Assembly (NCBI GenBank): GCA_012295275.1 | Contig: CM022665.1 | Coordinates: 9,982,001 to 10,046,000, forward strand | Direction of reading: 5' to 3' | Source: Chrysomallon squamiferum | Taxonomy: Eukaryota; Animalia; Mollusca | Length of the DNA: 64,000 nt | Part shown: positions 41,371 to 56,902 of the stretch, in pieces | Layout: each line of letters opens with the position of its first letter | Numbering within the stretch: position 1 is the first letter of the stretch | Notes under the pieces: generated by a model | What the model saw: only the letters and a program-made list of their open reading frames with translations | Databases searched by the model: none | Told to the model about the DNA's origin: nothing | Program-made: the position numbers and the translations under genes

Positions 41371-42986
41371 TATTTATCTTTAAATATTTCAGTATTATTT
41401 GTAAAAAACCCAAAACAAAACCAAAAAAAACAAACTATTATTGTTATTCATGATTGTAAAAAGATTTAATTTGTTTTTGTTCTATTCCAGTGGGTATACT
41501 ATTATCAGGCATGTAATTAGGTCCACTTATACATACAAAATTTAACAATGTCAACATCATTTACTTATGGTACAGATTAGAGCATTAGATATATTTTTTA
41601 TTCCATTTAGGAGCATTAGATTTACTTCTATAAACAAACCTGTTTATGCAAATTATTTTAAATTTGATGGTCATTTTAATTATTTTTTGTAATCTTTCTG
41701 TAAGAAAATGTATCTTAATCTTTTTTTCTTAAGGTATCTTTTCCATCTCTCTCTTTTTTTCTTCTTTCTTTTTTTTATAGTGAAAAACAATATGACCCAT
41801 CTGCTCCAGATCAAATAAATTACAAAATCTTCTTTGAAAGTTTTACATTGAAGTCATCAGATTATACAATAAGGATGTGAAAAGAAGAATATAGGAAATG
41901 TTATATTCATAATATTGGTATCATAAAGCTGTAAAACTATTTTAAATTTCAGTGTTATAAGTGAAGCAGTTTAACTAGGATGATGTGGTTTTATGCTAAA
42001 GATCAAAAGAGTAATGTGTTGTGAAAAATAACTTTTTGAGTAAGACATTGCCTTCAGAGCTTTATATATATATATATATATATCTCATAAATATAAATCA
42101 TGATACAGAACTACCATATGTACATTTAAGCATAATGCTAAATATCATAAGCACGTTTAAATGTAATTTTACCATAATACATGCACAAATTATTGGCCTG
42201 CTAAACTCATATTATTAACCATTTAATTACTAACCATTTTAATATTTTTCCAATCTGTGCTTATTTAATTATCTGACAGACTGGAACAAATAAAAAAAAA
42301 GCTTTAAGAAAAGGGCAGCATAACAAAAATCTGTGTTTTATTGACAGCACTTGTCTGATAACATAGCAAATCATGCAGCCTCCAGTTGATATCACATATG
42401 TGTTAAACTTTTAATTGCAGAACAGGTTATTTTATTATCCACATGTAAAAAGTGTTTACAAATGCATAGCCCAAGGCAATAAAGTATGTACTTGGACTTA
42501 TTATCAAAGTTACTGTATTAAAAACACATAGTTGAAAGAGATGTATTATGTGATGTCTGTTTGCTCTCATATGAATTTAGTTTACTCCTCAGGGATTGCA
42601 CAATTCTGCAGTGAGATAATAGAGATATCTGCTTTTGATCTGCATATTTATAAACACTGATTTTTTATTGTAATATGGTACCAAAGGTCAAGGCAATAAA
42701 ATATTCAAAAAAAGAAGAAAAATAAAATAAAAACTGCAAAACATATCAATTAAACTCAAAAACAAACAAAAAAATAAAAATAAAAAAAATGTAAAAAATG
42801 AAGAAAGAAATATAAGAATAATTTATCATAAATATAGAATTATTTAATTATTGTAATATTTAAAAATTATAATAGATAGACATAAAATTTCTGAGAAACC
42901 ACCTAAAAACAGCAAAAAGATTTTTTTTATAATCCTGGGAGGATTTTAATAAATTTATTTTTGTTTTTATATTATTATTGTTGTTT

Positions 42987-43045
42987 TTCTTCTTCTTCTT
43001 CTTCTTCTTCTTCTTCTTCTTCTTCTTCTTCTTCTTCTTCTTCTT

Positions 43046-43076
<31 letters not shown>

Positions 43077-43109
43077 TTATTATTATTATTATTTTTTTTT
43101 TTTTTTTTT
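42987..43109. repeat. Compound (CTT)n-(TAT)n-poly(T) microsatellite
   Basis: Direct reading. Confidence 0.95.
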
Positions 43110-44594
43110 ATTAATTAATAATAATTAACCTGATTGTTTCTGCATATTAATGTCAATGTCATAAAAGCTATTTTTTTTTAAAAATAAATAAATTTAAAAC
43201 ATCCCACCAAACAAAATAAAATCATTAATTTTCAAAAAGAAAAATTAAAAAAGAAAAAAAAAGAAAAGAGACTTGAATCTTTTTTTCATGGGATTAAGCC
43301 CTTTCAGTTACAGCTTTTTATTAAAAGTAAGGATGCAAATCTCTCCTGAAATTGTCACATCCAATCAATGTCCAGGCACATCTGCATTTTCATCTTTTCA
43401 AAGACTTCAATGATCACAGTGAGATCATGAAAGGTTTACCTTTTTTATATATATACACATTTATCACTACACTGATCAAATCCAGCAAATTATATAAATG
43501 ACAACATTTACATAAAACAATTCACATAAGAGAAGAATTATCTTCTTGCACCTTCTACCTAGTGATTAGTGATAAGTTATGAGGAATAAGTGTCAGCATA
43601 CAGGTTTCAGGTATCAGTTGGTTATGTGATATGGGGATTTATATGACATTATTGTGCAATTTCTACCAGTCTGTGAAGTTTGTTCCTCAGAGTGAGACTA
43701 AGCTAATTGTCTGATTTAATTCCCTTCAGTGAATTTCAATAATAACTGGGTTTTTGTGTTTTTACTAAAATTGTGTAACCATTATATTAATAGTATGTTT
43801 ATGAGAATGTTTCTGTTGATTTATGTTAAATGTATACAGATAAAACTATATCAGTTTGCCAAATGACAGATGTACATTGATTCAAATTCAAACATATGCC
43901 CACATGTAGAAATTCATATACTATTATCTGTAAATAAATACATAAAAATAGGTCCTCACAGTGTTAATTTCTCTAACTTTATGTGATTATACACTGTAGT
44001 TTTATGAAAAGATTTTTAAAAGAAAAATGTCATATCTATTCACTGGCACCTCAGAACACTTAATGTTAATAGAAAACCACTTAAAATCACTTTTGAAATA
44101 TCATTATCTGCAAAGTAAGGCAGTAAAGAATTTGAATTTATGTTGATAAATAATCTCAAAAGGGAAAAATAACAGCAAAACTTTGAATTAAGAAAAAATA
44201 GTTTCATAAGTAATGTGTGTTTTATTTTGTGATTTTAATACATAATTAACTATTTTATGTTGTATTCTTTTTTATTAATTTTTTTCTTTTTTCTTTTTTT
44301 TTTCTTCTTTATTTTTGTTTCTGTTTATTAACTTATCCATTATTTTTGTTAGGGGAAGGTGGTTGCTTATTGTAGAATTTAGAAGTATCTAATTAAATGT
44401 ATTTTAATTTGTATATTTGAGATTGTTATATAAGATACAAATGAAATAATTCAAATTTCTCTGAAAACAAACATATGAGAGCCAATGAATGAAAGCATAC
44501 TGATTTAACAATATTTTGCCAAATATTATAATTAACTCTTTTTAAGTATTGAATATATCACAGTATGATAGGTGAAAACCAAAACAACTATTTT

Positions 44595-44680
44595 TATTCA
44601 TTAGCAGCAAGGGATATTCTATATGCACAGTGTGCCACTGACAGCTAAACACACACAAAACCTTTCATATACCAGCAGAG
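44595..44680 (+). mobile_element. Decayed copy of a dispersed SINE/MITE-like repeat (core ttagcagcaagggat.tt.tatatgcac)
   Basis: Related cores occur at about 19770 (tatcagcaagaaatcttttatatgcac), 62653 (attagaagcaagggatcctttatat) and more weakly 39430. The element class is inferred. Confidence 0.5.
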
Positions 44681-45770
44681 CAGAGGCTGAAACCTATATG
44701 CAAACCATCTGTTTATCTAATATTAAGTATCAAACAAATGTTTCAAACTATAATTCAGAAATTTATAACTCATCCTCTGTCACAACAGACTTTTACTTTT
44801 TTTCTAATGAAGTCTTTCAAAATGTATTTTATACTTAAAAAAGCTTGATATTGTTTAATATTAAACAAACACTACAATTGTTATAAATCAAGTAAAAGCA
44901 ACAGAAGTGAAAGATGAAACCCTTGTGTACCCAGTACGAATACTTATAATACCTATTTCATTTTGTATGATCAAGCTGAATAAATATAAAAGAATGTTTT
45001 CAAATATAGATATATGCAACTATGTTAATGTGTTAAACCCATATACAGTGACAATATTTATCTTGGCTTATGTACTTCTTTGCACTTTGTATACAAAATA
45101 ACAGGCACATGGTAACAATAAATTAAGTAAAATAAGCAACCTATAATATATTCCAAAAATTGAAACTTTGGCATTGTTGAATTTCCATAACTCTGAAAAT
45201 TGTTTTGCAGATTTTGCCCTCATATATATCATGGATGACTGAATTTATATGTGTAAAGATACAGATGACTGGTTGATAAGAGGCACACTGTGAAAACACA
45301 CAATACAGTAGTAATCCGCCTACCAGAGCTTTATGTCATCATTATTGTAAGTGAAATGACAGTATCAAATGAATGGGAATTTTTTTTTTTTAAATTAAAA
45401 ATGTTACAAAGAACCTCTGTATTCTGAGAAATTAGGAACAACTGCTGTGTTAAAAGTAATAATTTCTTGACAGTTTGCCAGTAAAAGTACCAATTAAATT
45501 CTTATTTGAATGATACTGATAACGATTAATATATAAATGAACATTTTTGTGAATGTTTGAGGAAAGCAGTTAAATATTTGAAGATATATTTTCATGAATA
45601 TAACAATAATTCCTTCCATTTTTATATGTTTAAAATAAACAACTCACACATAACTATCATGCAAACCAAAATGTAAATAAAATATTTTTAAAAATCACAA
45701 ACCAAATATTCAACTGAAGATGAATATTTTCAAATAAAATTAGTTGTAGAAAAATAATCATTAGTCTTAC

Positions 45771-46505
45771 CTCAAATTCACATCCAATCTCAAAATTTTC
45801 GGGCAAACAAACGAAAGTCCACAAAGAAAAATCAGGTGGTTCTATAGTAGCATTTTTCCGCACCCGAAAATTTGTAGCACCATCATTTTCCTGATTGATA
45901 TATTTTTTTGAATTCTTGCGTACATTCCTGGGAGAAGCTAAAGCTCTTTGCAAAGCTTTTAGTTTTGATTTTTCTCTTGGTGATTGGCTGGGAGAATTTT
46001 GAAATGCTAAAGATTCAAAAGATGATAAATGATTTCCTTCTGGAGATTTAGGACTTTGAGTCAAAGCATCACTGAGAGACTCAGAATCAGTTGATGGCTG
46101 CTTCACATCAAGCAGCAGTCTAGAACGAGATGCTGCTTCATTGATTGTATCACAAGAAACCAAATTACTGCCAGAGTCAGATCTTTGATATGCCAGATTA
46201 CCAAGTGATTCTGAGTCAGTGCGAGTTATTAATGCTTTGTGATCAGAAACCCGCATGGAAACAGATCTTCCTGGAGGTTGAGGAGCTCTTCTCTTTTTCT
46301 TCCGTTCCACCTTCTTTCTGACAGGTTCAGGTGACACTTCTGTGGCACTGTGACAACAGTCGACAACACGGTCATGAGAAAGAAGCTGACATTCAGGATC
46401 ACTAGTGTACTCATCTCCATAATTCTGATCAATACTGTTCTCTTTGGCAGACAGATTAGATGGTCCATAATGAAGTGAAGGTGTAGAAAGGTGTTTTTTA
46501 ATCAT
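45771..46505 (-). CDS. Large putative alternative first coding exon (245 codons, Ser-rich, disordered, KKKRRAPQPP motif, ends ...FSLWTFVCLPENFEIGCEFE)
   Basis: Longest ORF in the window (45657..46505). There is an in-frame TAA shortly upstream of the ATG. A phase-0 donor GAG/gtaaga at 45771 is followed by AT-rich intron-like sequence. Confidence 0.8.
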
Positions 46506-49500
46506 GATGACAACCTTGCTTAAATCCTCATATTCATTAGGCCGGCTTTGTTAATAATCACTATTAACATAATTGTCACTTAAACATTTTGAAACCAGAA
46601 AAATTTCAGTTTTTTGAATTCCCAAAACATCACTATATTCACTCTATACATTTTCCGTTAAAGTGAAAAATCTTTTAAGTTAACTTTCTACAACAAAACT
46701 AACATTCCTCTCATTATACATCTGCACGAACTGTGTAAGTAACAAATAAATGAGGTATCTGATAGATAAAATCTGTAGCAGTTGTTAGGTCATCTCATAA
46801 ACAGAGTACAAGCATTTCACTAACTTGTTTATACAAACTAATTTTCCAACGAGAGATACGTCACTCTGAATAATTCACACACAAATATATCCAATATGTC
46901 CTTTATTTTTTAAGAACTTTTCAGATGGCATGAATGCTAGTTTTACGTATATCACCAATAAAAAGTCAAGCCATAGCCTACTACATGAAAAGACACAACA
47001 AAAGTGTTTTCTCTCTCTTACCTATTCACGAGAAATTAATCCATATGTACCAGTGGCTAGTTTAAATCACAGTGTTTTCACGTGACAAAAATACAAACAA
47101 CAAACTGTTATATCAACATTACTTTCTGTTTCTCTTTTAAATAATATTTTCTATGTACTGTAACTTAACGGTGAGACTTGTGATGCAGCCATGTTTACAG
47201 CACTGATAAATTCAAAGACCTTTAATTCACCTGTTGAAATCCACAACAGATGAGCTTCAATAAATTATATGATTCTCTTCCTTGACTTAATCCACATAAG
47301 AAATACCTTGGAACATAGTCACACTGGAGTGTTCTCGCCCTGCTGTAGCCATCAGACAAATAAAAGCTGTCGCTGCTGAAAACAATGACAGCAGACGGGT
47401 TTACTCAAGTGTGAATCAGTTGGTATGGTGGAATCCCTTGAGGCTGCTCAGAGGAAATATTAAAGCAACCATGCAGCAAGGTGTTTGGATCAGTATTACG
47501 GCTTGAGCCGTACCTTGAGAATTACACCTGATATTTTAAACTGCCAACTGAATCCACACATGGGTGACCACATCAGATTAAACACAGGCTGGTATATCCA
47601 TGTATAAACACACATTAACTTCACATCATGCTCATCCTTACCTACAGCTCACACACAGACTATACGATTATACACCTCGCTGTTATGATTTGTCATCAAA
47701 TTCAACATTCTTTTACTCAATGTCAGAGGGTGATGCTTGAGTCAACAAGCTTGCAAGATGTGGAACATTTTACAGTGCAAACAAATGAGTGAATGAAACC
47801 ACCAAGACACTCCTCTGCATTTCCACCCACACTATGTTACATTTTGAGTGGTTGGTAGATAACGAATAAATATTTGAATAATAACTGTGCTCTCACCATA
47901 GCAGTAATGGATGGTACATATATTAAAGTGTTGTTTTTTTGTGGGTTTTTTTTTTATCTTATCTCTCCATGTGACTAAGACTATCTAGGTTTGAAACTGA
48001 TATTTAAGCTCACAATGACGAACATCAACAAAGTATAGCCTGTACTGTTATTGCCCTGTCCATAATTCAGTGAATGGTGTGAGTGCTAATAAATCTTTCA
48101 TAAACACTGGTCAGCTAACAACACAACAGTGTATTTATAGAGATAGATCTAGGTAAAGCATGTTTTACAATAAGAAACATGCTCTTGTATATCCTTATAA
48201 TAATTTTTTTTAAATGAATGTCAGCATACCTATTTATAAGAACTACTAATTACCCTTAAACACTATGAAAAAACAGTTTCAAAGAGAATGTCAATTTACT
48301 TATTCATAAGTTATTATATATTCTTAAATACCATAGAAAAATTAATTTCAAAATGACTTTCAGGGTTTTTAGTCAGAATAGTTACTTTATGCCATTAAAC
48401 ACTATAAAAATAGTTTCAAAACAAACTTGAACTTACTTATTCATGACAGTGTACCCATAAAACTTATTTTAAAAAAAATCAGTTTCAGAATGATTATGTG
48501 GAAATGTATGTATCTATACATCACAAACATATTCAATTATTGTTAAACACCTTAAATCAAAAATATTATGCAAACTAATGAGCCCCAAACTTAAAATGAA
48601 TGTAATATAGCTAAAAGATATATGACCAAGAAAACATACGTAAAATCATACAGTGAAATTAAATATTTTAAAATGTCTGTTTCTAAAACTGACCAACCCT
48701 ATTGTATACAAAACGTCAGGATGTACTTTAAAGACAGGTTCATCTCAAACAGAAATTACAATAGTGATAACAACATCAAAGAAATTCAACTCTTTAGTCA
48801 TCACCTTTAATTGGACATTGGATAGCAACACTGTTAGTACTTTATTTAATCTGTAGGCTAATCTGGATGGAGCACACTCCAATTTAACAACATGTGACCA
48901 TACACGTAATGTGGTATCACCAGTTTAAAACATCCACCAGAACTACAACTGTTATTATTAAACAGCTAAGGGATTTCTCTTGTTAGCACTATAACAATAT
49001 GTGATCTAGGTAATGTTACTAGTCTAAAGAAAAAAAACATTTTATCACTATAATTATTTCCTGAAGGATTTCGCTTGTTAAGAATAGATAAATGAATGAA
49101 TATTTGTTTAGTTACACCTCATAATATTTTTGATGTTAATGATTTTAAGATGATCTTTTTAAGAAAATGTATTTTTTTCAATTATATTATCTATTTATCT
49201 ATTGTTATTCTTACCTCTTAACAACATAACATTTTTTATTGTAAGGAAAGTACATACAGATGTTTTTGATGCATTTTCAGCATGCAGTTTTCATTAAATA
49301 ATTAGATATGTCACTGTTCATGCTGGAACTCTCATTGATTAAATTGTAATTCTTACTATTTAAATTGGAATTCTATTCCTCTTATTGTAATATGCTTGTC
49401 ATATTCAGCATTATATAAATCAGTTTTAATACAAAATGATTATTAACCTCTTACTGGGGTTTTCTCATTTACTTGCAGTTATAATTTAGTATACACAAAC

Positions 49501-51957
49501 TGAAATTAAAACAGAATAAATTTATTTCTATGAATAGAAAGTAAAATTTATATTTTTTGGATAAGTATAAAAAAATTTTAAAGATCAAATAATAAAATAA
49601 CAACCAAAAATAAATATTTAAATGACAGGTGTCATAAAAAAGAAATATTCAATCAAATAGTGCCTTGGGCATACAAGTTGGTCATCTAGATCATTAAAGA
49701 TATGTTAATTATAATTTTATTGATTTGTTGGTAAAGATACAAAATAAATTATGATAGGCATGGTTACCTATATTTTATTTAATACTAATCTTTGGTTTAA
49801 TTTTCTTAATGATAAAAAATGTGAAAAAGCATTAATTTAAAATAAAAAATAAAACATAAATAAATGATATAGACTTAGGCACGGTGGACAAATATGGACT
49901 TGAATATGGATGGATGGGCAAACAGACAGATCTTGACTTATTTAGAAAGATGTATTACTGATTCAGAAAAATGTTGATTAAATTCCTGAATTAATATTAT
50001 TATTTATGAATGAAATATATGAAATTTAAAAAAATAAACTGACCAACATTTTACAGGCTATGATATGTGGTAAATTTACATTAATACACACTTGTATCCT
50101 CTATAAATTTATTTATTTACATTTAATGTTTGAAATTACATAGAAAATTTTATTTATTAAATAATGCTACCAAGAGGATAATTTGGTATTTAATTAAATT
50201 TAACATCTGCATGATCTAGAGATCATTTATTTGTATAAAACTATTCATTACAACTTTTTGCATAACATCAAAATCTCCACCTTATATCACAAAACAGACT
50301 AGAGTGTTGAGCTGTACCTGACACAATGCGGAAGGGTTGGATACTGAAAGTTATTACACAGGTATGACTTAAAGCAAATCCATGCTCCGTGTTAAAACAG
50401 GAGCAGCATGTATGTGATTAATAGCATTGTTCCTGGGTCCTTAAAAGTTCACAGCCCTACAGTCCCAGTGGAATTTTACCCATTACATGCAGAATAACAG
50501 GCTCAGAATTTCTGTTCTCATTGATAAGTCACATACATGCTGGGAGGACACAAACACAGAAGATGACCAACTGTGACATGGTAGAAACAACACTGCAGAA
50601 TGTCTATGTTAATTAGTCAATAAAAAAATTTAAAGGTTTTATCACATACATGGGCCTGTGTTTTATCTCTATTTCATTTTAATACTAACATCTTTTCAGT
50701 TCTTAACAACATTGTTTATTACAAAATATCAGCTTAGTTGAGATTTGATTATACATAAATTTAAAAACACACATATTCACATACATGCAACATATATAAT
50801 ATACAAACACACATAAATACAGTCACAAAATACAAATGTACTTAATACAGGGTCATAGTGGAATTTTAAATTTTTATAACATCTGATCCATGCATGATAG
50901 AACTGATCTGTAAAAAGGACAGGAGAAAAGAATTTTGGGATTTTTTAATGTATTGATTATTGATTCTTACTTTTCAACATGACCTTCATCATTATGAGAT
51001 AAATTAAAAATCAGCTGCAAAATGTATTTCTAGAACTTCAGAATCATATCACAATTTGTATCTATAATGATGGTTGACTAGGACATTATAACAACCCTGT
51101 ATATAACCAGCTAAAAAGGTGTTCTCAGAAAAATATGAAATTTAAAGATATTTCACTAATGATGTAATATATCTTATATGTAATGTCAACAAGTGTCATA
51201 ACTAAGTAAACCATGTTATATCTGAGTAAGCCATGACATCCTGCTTACCAGTTAACATTACAACTCATATATAAAAACTTCTTACTACAGTTTACTATAA
51301 AAATAACATAACAACATCACCTTATGTTTATAATATAGTATCACACATTAATACCATCTCAGTTAACTGGGTGATATAAACAGGTGTCAGTATGACTGAC
51401 AGTCAACATTATTATTCAAGATCTAACAAGTGGTAATCTAATTTACATTTAACCCACTAAATGGAAATATTCACCTGAACAAAAATATGAGTCTGTAAAT
51501 TTAGTGACTGATATTGGTGTATTGTAATGAAAGAACAAACAAGAGCTAACACAGAGAGTATTATTTGTAAAACACTTAACATGTGTTAACTGCAGGTCGT
51601 ACTTCTAATTCTGGAGGTCATGTCAAGTGAAAAGAAACTATGTCCATTCAGGACAGTTCTTGCTGAGTATCTTAACTTGAACGTAGTGGTTCTGAGAAAT
51701 AAAGCTTTTGTCAACAGTTAATACACCTACAGCAAAGTAATATATATTATAATATTTTCTCTTTTGTCATACTTGAAAGCAAAGTGGGACACTTTCTGTA
51801 TACAAACAAAACCATTGGGGGTAATTTTTGGAAAACTAACAAAAACTATGTTACCATAGCTATATAGATTAATGGAATTAGTTGTGTGATCATTCAACTG
51901 AATCTACAATAATAATAACAACAGCAGCAGCAGCAGCAGTAACAACAACAGTAATAA

Positions 51958-52000
<43 letters not shown>

Positions 52001-52579
52001 AATAATTAATTAATAAATTTAATCAATCACAAGCATTAAAGAATGTTACTTTAAAAATTATCCCTCAATCTTTCATTATACAATAAACTGTTTAATATGG
52101 ATATTTACTAAAACTGATGTTCATATTTTGTGCATTTTTGTACAATTTTTTACACTAATAATTTTAAAATGTCTAGACATACATCTTACAATAGTGTATT
52201 GTTAAAAAAGCTTGGAGATAAAACAAACATAAGGAAGTATATAAAATGTACTTAGGCTATTTACTCGTATCATCAAAGATAAATTTAAAATGATTTCTTT
52301 TCTGTCTGTGCAAAAAAAAAAAAAAAAGTAAAAACAAAAAATGGAGATAAAAAAAATATATATGTTATCATTCAAACCAGACCTAGAGGCAAAACAACTT
52401 TATGTCCTGCACATTCATTTCATTAAATCACCTGTCACAAATGCAGTTCAAAATGACAACTTCATTATTATAAGCTAAAAAAACCTGCACTGTCTCAGTG
52501 TTGACATTAGAACACACCTAACCTGTTCTAACAATATCTGTTCACAAACTGTCTGAATGGAACAACCTAGACTAGATCA

Positions 52580-52780
52580 TCCTTTACAATATGCTATCCT
52601 ATCCAATTCACACTTTACAATAAAATAACCTATCTAATTTATATTTTACAATATACTGGTTTATCTTCTTGATAATTTACAATATTCTGATCTGCTTGAT
52701 AACTGACAATATTATGATCTACTTCATACTTTACTATATATAGTTCTGTTTACTTCATACTTTGCAATCATCTGACTTAA
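52580..52780. repeat. Degenerate minisatellite, about 28-31 bp unit, about 7 copies
   Basis: Recurrent tttacaata...tatct/tctactt...ata unit. Confidence 0.65.
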
Positions 52781-55700
52781 TTTGGAAATAACAGTTACAC
52801 CATTTTAAATAATCTGTGATAAAACCTATCATTTTATATTACTTAAAGAATCTCTTTTTTTTTTATGGAAACACTCTAAACCTTTAATTTATTAATTTAT
52901 TTATTTATTTATTTTCTTTCTTTCTTTTTTTTTCCTTTTCTTTTTTTATTTTATTTTATGTATAGACTAGCATCTGTCCAAGTTTATTATTTGTAGAAGA
53001 GAAATTTAAATTAACAAAAATAAAATTAAAATAATCATTTTATCACATGAAAAAATTAATATGTATATAAATATTGTTTGATAATTTTTAAAACTATTTT
53101 TGGGTTGAGTTAAATCATTTTATTGTTTGAACAATTTTTAAACTTATTTATGGTTCAGTTAAACCATTTTCATTAGTTTTTATTTACATGCATCATAAGT
53201 AAAGTTCTAGTATTCTGTGACAGAAGACTTATTAAGCAGTAATTTAAAACATTAAATTAAAAACATTCTCTGTCATTGAGCACATAACATTACCTTGTAA
53301 GAGGTTATTTAGTTCTTATTTTGTCTTCCTATTTCATAACATTTGCTCAAGGCTTCAACAACAAAAAATCTTTCCTTCTTTCATATCAATACATTTATAT
53401 ACTTCTTTTATTATTATTTTTTTTATATAAAGTGACAGACCTTTTATTCAAATGAATAACACATTGTGAATGTTGAGGATGAATGGAAAACCTGAGTGCA
53501 GTACATGTCAGTAGTGATATAAAAAATAATTACTGTCTGACAACGCATGACTGCTTGTAGTAAATATAAAACTTAGTAATTGAAATGCAGAAACATGAAA
53601 ATAAATTTTAAAAATTAGCCTGATTATATATTACATATATTTAATACGCTTACAACAACCACAGGCTATTTTCCATTCTAGCTTATATCCAGTCACTATC
53701 ATTTAAAAAAGTGTAATAAAATATTCATATACTGATAACTGAAAAAAAAAATCATAAACAATATTCACTTATTATTTGCTCTCACTTATTGTAAATATTC
53801 ATTATACAGTATATTAAATTTTCTATTTTATACTTAAAAAAACACAAATATTATAAAACAGATGTAAAAATACAAAGAGTAATAAATGGACTGTTTGATA
53901 ATAATTGTATATATTCAGTATTTTCCCCTGAGAGAAACTTTCCAAGTAATAAACCACAGCAACAACTAGAATTGTGTATATCTACAATGGAAACATAGAT
54001 GGTCAAATTTTTGTTTACTGGGGATGGGCCAGAAATAGGTCACTTGACTCAGATAATTGTGTTTGTTATTTGAAGAATGTTTTTCAAACTCGTTGCATCA
54101 CCTCTGAATATACTCACACACTTTTATTTGCCAGGTGTGAAACCTGATAATGTCAGAGCATTATATAAGAAATCTGATTCGAATTCGGTCTCACTTTTGT
54201 GTAGAGCATTTGTCCATTTTGCTATCATCAGAGATCAAAGATTATGTAAAACTACTACTTGAACGGTTTATGTTGCAATTAGTGTGAATCATCACATAAA
54301 CCAGTGTGACTTGTTGTGTTATTTTCATACTGGACTGAGACATGATTTCATATGACATGGTGCAGTGTTATTTGATATGGTTGTCTCTAGTGCTTTCATA
54401 TGTTGTGAAGTGTTCAGATGTGTGGTGAGGTGGTCATATGTGCATTGTGGCATTTCATTTTTCAAAGACCACACATAAATACTGAATGAAAGAACAAATC
54501 TTTGTTTAACATCACATAAACACAGTTTACATGAATGCTTATTAAGCGTTAGCCATATGGTATTTTGATATAATGGTTACACGAGAAATAAACCTAATGC
54601 AAGTGTCCTTATTGACTTGACGCAGAGAAAGTTTTAAAGCATTTTATGGAAATAGGAAAACACATAGGCCTACCATGATTTTTAAGTTTATCTGTAAAGG
54701 GAGATAGTCCAATATACACACTGAAGAGACCCAGGAACCCATTAAAGTTCATGTCAGTTACACAAACTAAGATTAAAATCCTCAAAAAAACATTATTAAA
54801 AGTATTTCATATTTATGACAGTTTATGATTATCTCCATTAACATATATAATATGGATATCTATGTCCTATTAGCTTTCTGTTAAGCTTTGAAACAGAGTT
54901 CTGTTAATGCATTTTTAGGCCAGTAATGAAATTGTTTGTCACTAAGCATTTCCACAAGACAGAAACATATATGTTCTGTCACAGGCCACAAGAGTGCCAG
55001 GGTGACATCTGACATAAAGAAAATAAGTGAAATACATTACATTCACAGACCAATCCTGTGACATAACAGCAAAAATCCAGCACTTTATATAACTACATTT
55101 TCAAAACAGAATCTGTCATTTTGATAAATACCTTGCCATAGCACAAACTGTAAATTCCATTAAATATAAGTAAATCTTTAAAGCCAAAAATGTTATGTTA
55201 ATAAATGCATGCCAATACACAAACTGTAAAAATTCAGCACTTTATATACTATAAATTATTTATTTATTCTTTTGAAAAAAAGATTTGCTGTTATAGCAAA
55301 TAACATGGTGTGATCTATTTTATTATTATTATTATTATTATCATTTAAAAACAACAAAAAAAAAAAAAAAAAATAAGGTTAAAATAGGGTGTTTTTTTTT
55401 GTTATGGTTTTTTAATATTACACTGTTTTATATTCATTTTATATTTTTATATTTCTTTTATACCTCTGTTACTTGATTTTAGTTTTTCTTTCTCATTTAT
55501 CAAAATGTAACTTATTCATGTAATTATGTATATACCAGGCCAATAAAATATTTTCAATTATTAATTTTTTTAATTTTTTTTTGGTTATCGTTGCTTTTGT
55601 TTTTATTATTTGATAAAGAAAAAAATAGTTTAAATATTCAAACAAGAAAAATTAAGGAAGTCATAAAAATATGTCATATGTAAACAGAGAAAAAATAAAT

Positions 55701-56902
55701 TAGAGCAGATTACAGCATGTGATAAACGCTTAACTAGATATTTTTTTTAATATGTAAAGCTAGGTAAATAAATAAAGAAACAAAAAATGAGTTTCAAACA
55801 GAAGTAGGTTAATTTATGTGTGTTAATGCAAAAACTCAAAAATTATTTTAATGAATGTTAATAGTCACACATGTAAATAAGCAATTAATCTGAAGATACT
55901 GTCAAACATAAAAATAATAATAATGATTTATTTTTGTTGTTTCTCTCATAATACAAAATAAAAATAACCTGAAATGTATAGACAGCTCAACACGGAAACA
56001 CATGATACTGTATTTTTATAGGATATTTATTTCAAAATCATTAGGGCTTAAACCAAGGAAAAACTGAGCTTCAGAAGAAGCATTTGATATGATTTTAGAC
56101 ACTCCACCTGTTTTCTAGAATAGCAGACTAGTACCATTACAAAATATATTAAGATTGTGAGAAGTCATGTCCAGTAACAACCACAGTTAGTCATAAACTT
56201 TAATAACACTCTTTATTGTAAAACTCAACTGTTACCACCATTATAAAACATATTTGCCTTCATGCAAGACCTGTTTACCAATCTCAGTATTAAGTCATAA
56301 ACCTTTAATGATACTCCAGTGTAACTGTTGAATATTACTCCATGATAGAAAAATTCAAATGTGTAACAAACTGTGAAAACAAATCAGTAGATAAACATAT
56401 AGGACAGTAAATCAGGTCACATGTAGATAAGAAGACACTGATAGGTGAAATACATGTTCAGGTTGTAATAAATGAAGTCAGAAACATACATGCTTTCAGA
56501 AATTTATATATATACATATAATATTCCTTTCTTAATAGTATAAATGGTTCTTATAATGCTTTATGGTAATAAAGTAAAAATAATATAAATGCATTATTAA
56601 ATAAATCATTTCTTTTTTTTTCTTCATATACATACATCCAAATAATCTGTTATCCAAAAACCTTGTAACATACAAATTTAAAACAAAATACATTTACACA
56701 TATACTGATGAATTATACCCATAAATAACAATGACCTACACATACATACAATGTTAGATATTTCTACAAATATACATGTGACATACAAACATCCTTATAC
56801 CATCACAAGTATAAAATTAAATATCCAAAGAAAACATCTGGTGTGAACCAAAGCAGAACATCTGTTTCAAATATTTTTGTTTTTTACTCAATGCAATATA
56901 CT

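Noticed and set aside
45657-45770. Hydrophobic C-terminal tail of the 282-aa ORF (possible transmembrane segment)
   Set aside because: It follows a strong donor (gtaaga) and is AT-rich, so it is best explained as intron read-through.
45810-45855. TIEPPDF as a CRIB motif
   Set aside because: It lacks the ISxP core and the conserved histidines.
52580-52780. CRISPR-like array of about 30-bp units
   Set aside because: There are no unique spacers or cas genes, the units are degenerate, and the context is a eukaryotic intron.
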